DNA from: Chloroflexota bacterium
GTDB taxonomy: Bacteria; Chloroflexota; UBA11872; VXOZ01
DNA length: 64,000 nt
Direction of reading: 5' to 3'
Assembly: GCA_965221905.1 (NCBI GenBank)
Contig: OZ244922.1
Location: 2,784,001-2,848,000 of the forward strand
Shown here piece by piece: positions 57,114 to 64,000 of the stretch. The notes beneath the pieces are model-generated. The model was given only the letters and a program-made list of their open reading frames with translations, did not search any database and was not told the DNA's origin. Numbering within the stretch: the stretch's first letter is position 1; the number at the start of each line of letters is the position of its first letter. A program made the translations under genes and the position numbers.

Positions 57114-59730
57114 CCCCGTCGAATGCGTCTCGTTCAAGAATTGCTTCTCCAATCTCCTGCTCAGCGCAAAGCCCGCTCAAGCCAACCGGGGTAACCTGCC
57201 AACGCTATGCTAAGCATCACCGTTGATCCTGCCCTCGCCTTCAACCTCATCCGCGTCTTCGCCGCGCTGGCCTGCATCGCCCTCAGCGGCTTCTTGCTCG
57301 TCTACTTCGCCTTCGGCATCCGTCATCCGCTAACTGCCATCGCCACCGCACTCCCCATCGGTCTCGCGAGCACATTGCTCGTCTCCAATGTCCTCGCCTA
57401 TGTCCTCGGCACGCCACGCGCTCTCACCTGGGGTTTGCTTGCCGTCCTTGCCATCACCAGCCTAATCGCGGTGGCTCGTCGGCACCTCTTCAAGCCAGTG
57501 CAACCGGTCTCGTGGCTGGACGGCGCCCTCTTCGCCATCGCCGGCATCCTGCTCCTCATCCTGAGCGTAGCAAACTACGCCGTGCTGACAACTTCGAGCT
57601 ACTACATACACTTCTGGCTCGCAAATACAATTCGTTTTGGGAACTTTCCCGTAATGTCACCAGGCGCACCAATGCTGCCTGCCGAGTATCACTATGGCGC
57701 AGACTATCTCGCCGCCATGCTCGCGCACATTGGGCAAGTTGACATTGCCATCATCTTCTTCATCCTGACCCCGCTCGCTGCCACCAGCGCCTATCTCGCC
57801 GCCTCGATGGTGGCCGCAAAGGTGCTTGGCAATCTGCGTCTGGGCTTACTGGCCGGACTCTTCTTCTCTTTCGGGGCAGGCCTGCCCTACCTGCTGGCCC
57901 CGGTGCGCTACATCCACCTCCGATGGTTCAATCCCTCCACCGCTGCCAGCCAAAACGAGCTTCTAGACTATTATCAAAGAATCTCTCCAAACGCATTTGA
58001 GGCTTATCCGCGATTCATCAGCTCGGTTCATTACATTGTTCCTTGGGCAATTCTACTAAGCTGCATTGCCTTGGCTGCACACCTGAATTCGCGTTTGCGC
58101 GGTGAAGACCGGCAAGACACTCATTGGGCCCAATGGGCACTGCTCGGCACGCTCTTTGCAAGCATCGCCTTAATAGAAGAGTCGATCTTTGCTCTTGGAT
58201 TGGTGGGGTGGGGAACCCTCGCACTTTGGCAGACGGCAACGCAGCGCACGTCCGTCTATCTTCGCTGTCTTGTCGTTGCAGCCTTGCCGGCAGCCCTACT
58301 TGCTTTTCTTCAAGGCGGCGTGTTTACCGACGCACTCTTTTCCTCCTCTCCTGATGGCCGAGGTTTTATCGCGGCATTCAACTTTCATCTACTCCCTCAA
58401 TTCACCGGACTATCTCCCCGCTTCGGCGCGACGGAATTGCAGTTAATCCATTCACCACCTTGGGGGGTAGTCTACCTGATCACTCTCGGCCTGCCGCTCC
58501 TCATCGCACCGGCGCTCATCATCTGGGCACTTAGATCAAAGCACGCCAATCCACACATTTGGTTGGCAACGATCGGGCTCGTTGGATTTACTGTCCCCCA
58601 CTTCATCACACATGAGTACTCTTCGAATTTCCTGCGTTGGCTGGAGTTCAGTCATGCGTCCTTTGCGTTTCTCCTTGGAATGGGCATGTTGAATTTGGTC
58701 TCATGCATGCGAAATCGTACGCTCGCTTGGACGCTTGCAGTAACCTGCACGGCATTGACCATCGCGTGGCCTCTGGCCGGCTCTATTCGGAACGTTGCCA
58801 CCGAGAGAAACGTAACCCTGGGCCAGAGTATCGAAGACCACTGGACTATTTCGCCGCCGTTACGCCAAAGAGATCAAGCCGACTGGATCACCGGTAGGCC
58901 TTACACCTTTCTAATGAGCGGTGAAGCACGCCAATTCCTCGGTACGTTGCCGCCAACCGCCCGCGTTCTGACAAACCGCTTTCCAGAAGTACCTCTACTC
59001 ATTCGCGGTCTCGCCCCACACAAGAATACGGAAAGGATTTCCTATACGTACTTCCGGTTTCCTAGTGGGACCTATCTCGATGCCCTTTACGCCCTCGACC
59101 CAACAGCCATGCAGCAGTATGGTATCACCCACCTCGTAATCAACCTCAAGTGGTTCCGTAACTCCCCATCCTCCGTTCAGGCTCTCTTAGAAGTCCCACG
59201 TTACTTTTCTCTGCTATTCTCAGACGAGCAATTCCACGAGGGGCTTGCTTGGCACCGTGTCTACGCAGTCCTTCCTGCCTTCTACGAGGAGCGTCCGCAG
59301 GTTTCCCAAGACCTCTTACGCATTCTGCCTGAACTCGTCCCTCAAGATGGCTCCGTTTACGTCTCTCCCGCCATACCGCCGGACATACGGTGGGCGTTTC
59401 TCTATGCCCTGCGCCAGCGGCAATTGGCGAGCGGCCTTATGGACGAACACCACATTAGGACCAGCTTCGTTATTGCGGAGCCGTTGCCGCGCGACCGCTA
59501 CGACTTTGCCCTGCTCATTGACGAACCGCCGGGAGAACGGTGGCTCAATTGGGCGTTCACTCCCCAAGACCTCCCTTCCGTATGGGGGCTTCATTCTTCA
59601 CAGCGAGTCTGGCATGCCCTCGGCGTCGGCCTCTATGCCCTCAACACCGGGGACTGTCCCGGCCGATCGGTCGCCAGCGTGCCTCCCTTCTGGCAACTCC
59701 CCGCAAACGCGTCTACGACACTCAATCTAG

Positions 59731-60916
59731 GAAAACTCTGAACAAGTCCCTGGCATAGTATCATAGCAAGAAAGCAGGATACGGTGAGGAGCTGGGTAAT
59801 GGAGCAACCGACGTTTGCCGACTTGGAGTACGCGCAGAAGAAGCGCAAGACGCGCCGGGAGAAGTTCTTGGAGCGGATGGACGCGCTGCTCCCGTGGGCG
59901 GAGATGGAGGCGCGCATTGCGCCGTACTATCCCAAGCCAGGGCGGGGGCGGCGGCCGTATCCCTTGTCGGTAATGCTGCGGATACACTGCGTGCAGTTGT
60001 TCTACAACCTGAGCGATCCTGGGATGGAGGACATGCTGTACGAGGTAGAACCGGTGCGGCGGTTCGTGGGGCTGCGGCTGTCAGAGGCGCTGCCGGACGA
60101 GACGACTATTCTGCACTTTCGGCATTTGCTGGAGAAGCACCGGTTAGGAGAGGGGTTGTTGGCGGAGATCAACGCGCATTTGGCAGGTCGGGGCTTGCGG
60201 CTGCGAGCGGGGACGGTAGTGGACGCGACCATCATCGCGGCGCCGACATCGACGAAGAACCGAGAGGGGGAGCGAGACCCGGCGATGCGGCAGGTGAAGA
60301 AGGGGAACCAGTATTACTTTGGGATGAAGCTGCACATCGGCGTCGACGCACAGACGGGGCTCGTGCATAGCTTCACCACCACATCGGCCAACGTGCACGA
60401 CGTAACGCAAGCGGCGGCGTTGCTGCACGGCGCAGAGCAGCAGGTGTGGGGAGACGCCGGGTACGTGGGGGTGCAGAAGCGACCGGAGCATCAGGGGCGC
60501 GCCGTAGCGTGGCAGGTGGCGCTCAAGCCGGGGCTGCGGCGGAAACTGGCGCCTGAGAGCGCGGCGGCGCTGGCAGAGCAGCGCAAAGCATCGGTTAGGG
60601 CCAAAGTAGAGCATCCGTTCCTGTGGGTGAAGCGGCACTTCGGCTACGCCACGGTGCGCTACCGGGGTCTGTCCAAGAACAGGCAACGGCTGGCGTTGCT
60701 GCTGGGGCTGACCAATGTGATGACGGCCGCACGCCAGTTGGCAACATGACACGGGAGCAGTGCGCCCAAAACACGGCCAGGAGCGTATTGCGCTTCCAAC
60801 GGGACCGCATCAAAGCCAAAACAGCCCCTCCCACATGCCAAGACACACCTCAAACCACCCCACAATCCCGCACATACCCATAAACCGATGCATATCCCGA
60901 CTTGCTCAGACCTTTC
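59731..60916 (+). mobile_element. IS5-family insertion sequence, 1186 bp, TSD CTAG
   Basis: CTAG-GAAAACTCTGAACAAGTC ... GACTTGCTCAGACCTTTC-CTAG (15/18 TIR match). Confidence 0.93.
59799..60749 (+). CDS. IS5-family DDE transposase
   Basis: TRREKFL, PDETTI..FRH.LE, VDAT, FGMKLH, GDAGY, RAKVEHPF, RYRGL.KN; RBS GAGGAG. Confidence 0.95.
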   Translation: MEQPTFADLEYAQKKRKTRREKFLERMDALLPWAEMEARIAPYYPKPGRGRRPYPLSVMLRIHCVQLFYNLSDPGMEDMLYEVEPVRRFVGLRLSEALPDETTILHFRHLLEKHRLGEGLLAEINAHLAGRGLRLRAGTVVDATIIAAPTSTKNREGERDPAMRQVKKGNQYYFGMKLHIGVDAQTGLVHSFTTTSANVHDVTQAAALLHGAEQQVWGDAGYVGVQKRPEHQGRAVAWQVALKPGLRRKLAPESAAALAEQRKASVRAKVEHPFLWVKRHFGYATVRYRGLSKNRQRLALLLGLTNVMTAARQLAT

Positions 60917-61894
60917 CTAGATTGCTTGCAGACGGAAGCAGGCGGGAATGGTGAAGGCAGCTCACTGCTTCTCACAATTCTGTCACCCAAGACTTCCCAA
61001 GTAGAGATCGCTGTCAACGGACTCTCCCAAACCGTGCTCCTGGATCCCGGTGCAAACCAAGTACCACTCAATGTGCCGGATACGCGCGGGCTCTCTCTTA
61101 TCCCTACGGATTCGTTATGGGTGCGCGCCCAACGTGTACCGCAATCGAGCGCCAAACCGCAAGCCGGAATTCCGGCCCTCTTGCTTCTCCCCACCTTTGA
61201 CGGCGAAGCACTCACCGTAAGCGCTCAATTCTACGGTGCGCGGCACAACCCTCAGGAAAGCAAGCTCGTCTGGGAACTCGTCAAGCAACGCCGCATCTAC
61301 GGTCACTGGTGGCACTGGTCTTCCTCAAGCCGCGTGGGTGAGTGGCCGTTGGCGCTTGCGGAGCCACCAGACCACGGAGACCAATTCACTTTCGCTCTCA
61401 ACTTCTCTGCTCTGGAGACCGAATTCGCTGTGAACGGCCGCACGATAACTATGGACAGGGAAGTGTCTCTTCCAGCCAATCCTGGCGAGCCGTACGCCGT
61501 TTACTTTACATTGATCCGTGCCGGCACACGGGCGCACAGCCTGCCCGTAGCCTGGATCACCTATTCTCCTGAAGAGAAACCGTCAGTGCTGCTTGCCCCG
61601 CGACTGATCCTGGTTGACGAAGCGCTCCCACAAGACTAAACCTAGGGATCGGTCGCACGTGCTGCCTTTACATCGACCAAGGTTGGCGCAATGTGGAGCC
61701 ACCGCCTTCCAGACGTGCGTGAGCCTCCCTCACCAACTCGATCTGAGATACCTTAGATGCACAACCGGCAAGTCCAAGACCTTTGGAATCGACTTGCAAA
61801 CTTACAAAAAACCAAGTGAACGCCGATCTAGTATCATACTGTTACGCCAATATGTACTCCATCGTGACGAGCCTGGGCCAATGATCGCCCTCTC

Positions 61895-64000
61895 ATGCTA
61901 AGCATAGCCATTGACCCTGCCCTCACCTTCAACCTTTTCCGCGTCTTTGCCGCGCTGGCCTGCATCGCCATCAGCGGCTTCTTGCTCGTCTACTTCGCCT
62001 TCGGCATCCGTCATCCGCTGACCGCCATTGCCTCCGCACTCCCCATCGGCCTCGCGAGCACATTGCTCGTCTCCAACCTCCTCGCCTATGTCCTCGGCAC
62101 GCCGCGCGCTCTCACCTGGGGACTGCTCGCCACACTCGGAATCGCTATCCTCGTCGCGCTAGGTCGACGTCATCTCTATAAGCCTACCCAACCACTCTCT
62201 TGGCAGGATGGCGGCCTCTTCATCGGGGCCGGTATCTTGATACTCATCCTGAGTACCGTCAATTACGCCGTTTATCCGGTTTGGGACTACTACCTCCACT
62301 TCTGGCTCGCAAATACCATCCGCTTTGGAAACTTCCCGGTTATGGCTCCAGGCGCACCCATGCTGCACGCGGAGTACCACTACGGCGCTGACTTTCTCGC
62401 CGCTACACTCGCCCACGTCGGGCAAGTTGACAGTGCCATTATCTTCTTCATTCTCACCCCGCTCGCTGCCACTGCCGCTTACCTGGCCGCATCAGTACTG
62501 GCCGCCACTGTATTGAAAAGTACGCGCCTCGGCCTACTTGCCGGTCTCTTCTTCTCCTTTGGCGCGGGCCTACCCTACCTCATCGGCCCAGCACGCTCTA
62601 TCCACCTTCGCTGGTTCACCCCAGCTTCGGCCGCCGCTGAAGACTTGCTACTCGATTCCTTGGATAGCGTTACGCCAAACGCATTCGCCGCCTATCCGCA
62701 CTACCTCACACAACCACATTACCTAATCGCCTGGGGAATTCTCCTAAGCTGCATCGTCCTCGCTAGCCACTTGAATGCTCGCTCGCAGAGCAACGGTAAT
62801 ACCGTCACCCAGTGGTACTACTGGATACCGCTCGGAGTGCTCTTTGCAAGTGTCGCCTTGATAGAGTCATCAGTCTTTGTGCTCGGCTTGACCGGGTGGG
62901 GAGCCTGCGAAATCTGGCGGACGGCGACTCAGCGCCAGACCCGTTTCATCCGCAATTTCATCATTGCCGCCACACCTGCCGCGCTGCTCGCCCTCTTTCA
63001 GGGAGGCATCTTTTCTGCTCTACTATTCTCTGCTCCGCAAGGTGACGGTGGTCTGCGCGCGGCTTTCGACCTGTCTCTCACTCTTCTGCCCTTTCAATTC
63101 GGTCCGCCTATTCAACAGATCTCCCACGCGCCGCCCTGGATTGCGATCTATCTCATAATCTTTGGCTTGCCGCTCCTCGCCGCACCGGCCCTCATCATCT
63201 GGGCAATCCGATCTAAACACTCCTTACCACTTTCTTGGTTGGCGGCAATCGGTCTCATAGGAATGCTTCTTCCCCACTTTGTCATCTACCAATACTCCAC
63301 AACCTTGTTGCGCTGGATTGCATTTGGACACGCTTCCCTGGCGCTTCTCCTCGGCATTGGTGTTCTCACACTTCAATCTCAAGTGCGTCACCGCGCGCTA
63401 GGTTGGGCGTTAGTCCTCGCCTGCGCCGCCCTTTCCGTCGGCTGGCCGCTCGCTACCTCCATCCAAAACGTCGCGACCGAAAGGGGCGTGGTTTTGGGCC
63501 AGAGTTTAGAAGAGCACTGGACTGTATCACCATTGCATCGCCAGAGCGATCACATCGATTGGATTTCCGGCCGCCAGTACACATTTCTCATGGGGGCAAA
63601 TGCCCGCGAATTCCTTCGGTCTCTCCCGCCCACCGCTCGAGTCCTTACCAACCGCTTTCCTGAAGTGCCGTTGCTAATCCGTGGACTCTCGCCACACAAG
63701 AATGTTGATCTGTTTACCTACACCAATTTTCGTTTTCCCAGTCCAACGTATCTTGACGCCCTTTACGCACTCGATTCATCCACCATGCAACAATATGGAA
63801 TTACACATCTCGTCATAAACCTCAATTGGTTTCGCGGTACCTCTCCTGCAACCCAGGCCCTTCTGCAAAACGACCGATTTTTCAAGCTCCTTTTCTCAGA
63901 TGAGGAGAAACTAGATGCGTTTGCCTGGAACCGCATCTATGAAGTCCTTCCAACATTCTATGATGAGCGTCACCCCATCGCTCAAGACCTCTTGCGCGAC
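61895..64000 (+). CDS. Tandem paralogue of the 57207 membrane protein, running off the window end
   Basis: ATG 61895 MLSIAIDPALTFNLFRVF; same frame at the window end (YDERHPIAQDLLRD vs YEERPQVSQDLLRI); absent from the ORF track, consistent with no stop in the window. Confidence 0.85.
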   Translation, partial: MLSIAIDPALTFNLFRVFAALACIAISGFLLVYFAFGIRHPLTAIASALPIGLASTLLVSNLLAYVLGTPRALTWGLLATLGIAILVALGRRHLYKPTQPLSWQDGGLFIGAGILILILSTVNYAVYPVWDYYLHFWLANTIRFGNFPVMAPGAPMLHAEYHYGADFLAATLAHVGQVDSAIIFFILTPLAATAAYLAASVLAATVLKSTRLGLLAGLFFSFGAGLPYLIGPARSIHLRWFTPASAAAEDLLLDSLDSVTPNAFAAYPHYLTQPHYLIAWGILLSCIVLASHLNARSQSNGNTVTQWYYWIPLGVLFASVALIESSVFVLGLTGWGACEIWRTATQRQTRFIRNFIIAATPAALLALFQGGIFSALLFSAPQGDGGLRAAFDLSLTLLPFQFGPPIQQISHAPPWIAIYLIIFGLPLLAAPALIIWAIRSKHSLPLSWLAAIGLIGMLLPHFVIYQYSTTLLRWIAFGHASLALLLGIGVLTLQSQVRHRALGWALVLACAALSVGWPLATSIQNVATERGVVLGQSLEEHWTVSPLHRQSDHIDWISGRQYTFLMGANAREFLRSLPPTARVLTNRFPEVPLLIRGLSPHKNVDLFTYTNFRFPSPTYLDALYALDSSTMQQYGITHLVINLNWFRGTSPATQALLQNDRFFKLLFSDEEKLDAFAWNRIYEVLPTFYDERHPIAQDLLRD

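Larger units (their letters stand above)
57207..61639 (+). pseudogene. Large multi-TM protein gene (putative GT-C-like, ~1080 aa) interrupted by IS5
   Basis: Removing the IS and one CTAG joins ...TLNL|DCLQTEAG... in frame (2524+719 = 3243 nt); YHYG.D motif and many TMs. Confidence 0.85.

Noticed and set aside
60902-61639. Independent 245-aa gene
   Set aside because: It is the in-frame C-terminal part of the IS5-interrupted gene starting at 57207.

Overview
64 kb of GC-rich bacterial chromosome. Tat-lipoprotein solute-binding proteins, DUF3604/GHL6-type enzymes, DegT aminotransferases and dense REP-like repeats suggest a Chloroflexota-type heterotroph (inference). It is mostly catabolic and accessory genes plus glyA and a divergent ychF. 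It also carries a lower-GC HgiDII/BbrUII-like restriction-modification island (C5-MTase, GHKL-ATPase/PD-(D/E)xK nuclease, Vsr), three tandem GNAT paralogues, three DUF3604-like paralogues with a duplication scar, and an IS5-family element (CTAG duplication) splitting a ~1080-aa membrane-protein gene that has an apparently intact tandem paralogue. At least five REP-like palindrome families occur, forming nested elements, polarised 'stutter' arrays and a MITE inserted in a REP loop. The top observation is an S8/subtilisin-fold protein (36647..37987, minus) with no signal peptide. It keeps the catalytic Asp, His and oxyanion Asn, but its nucleophile motif reads GGCMASA instead of GTSMASP, which matches by eye the S221C/P225A pair that defines engineered subtiligase. 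No tRNA, rRNA or CRISPR array was seen. All family calls come from motif recognition by eye, with no database searches.
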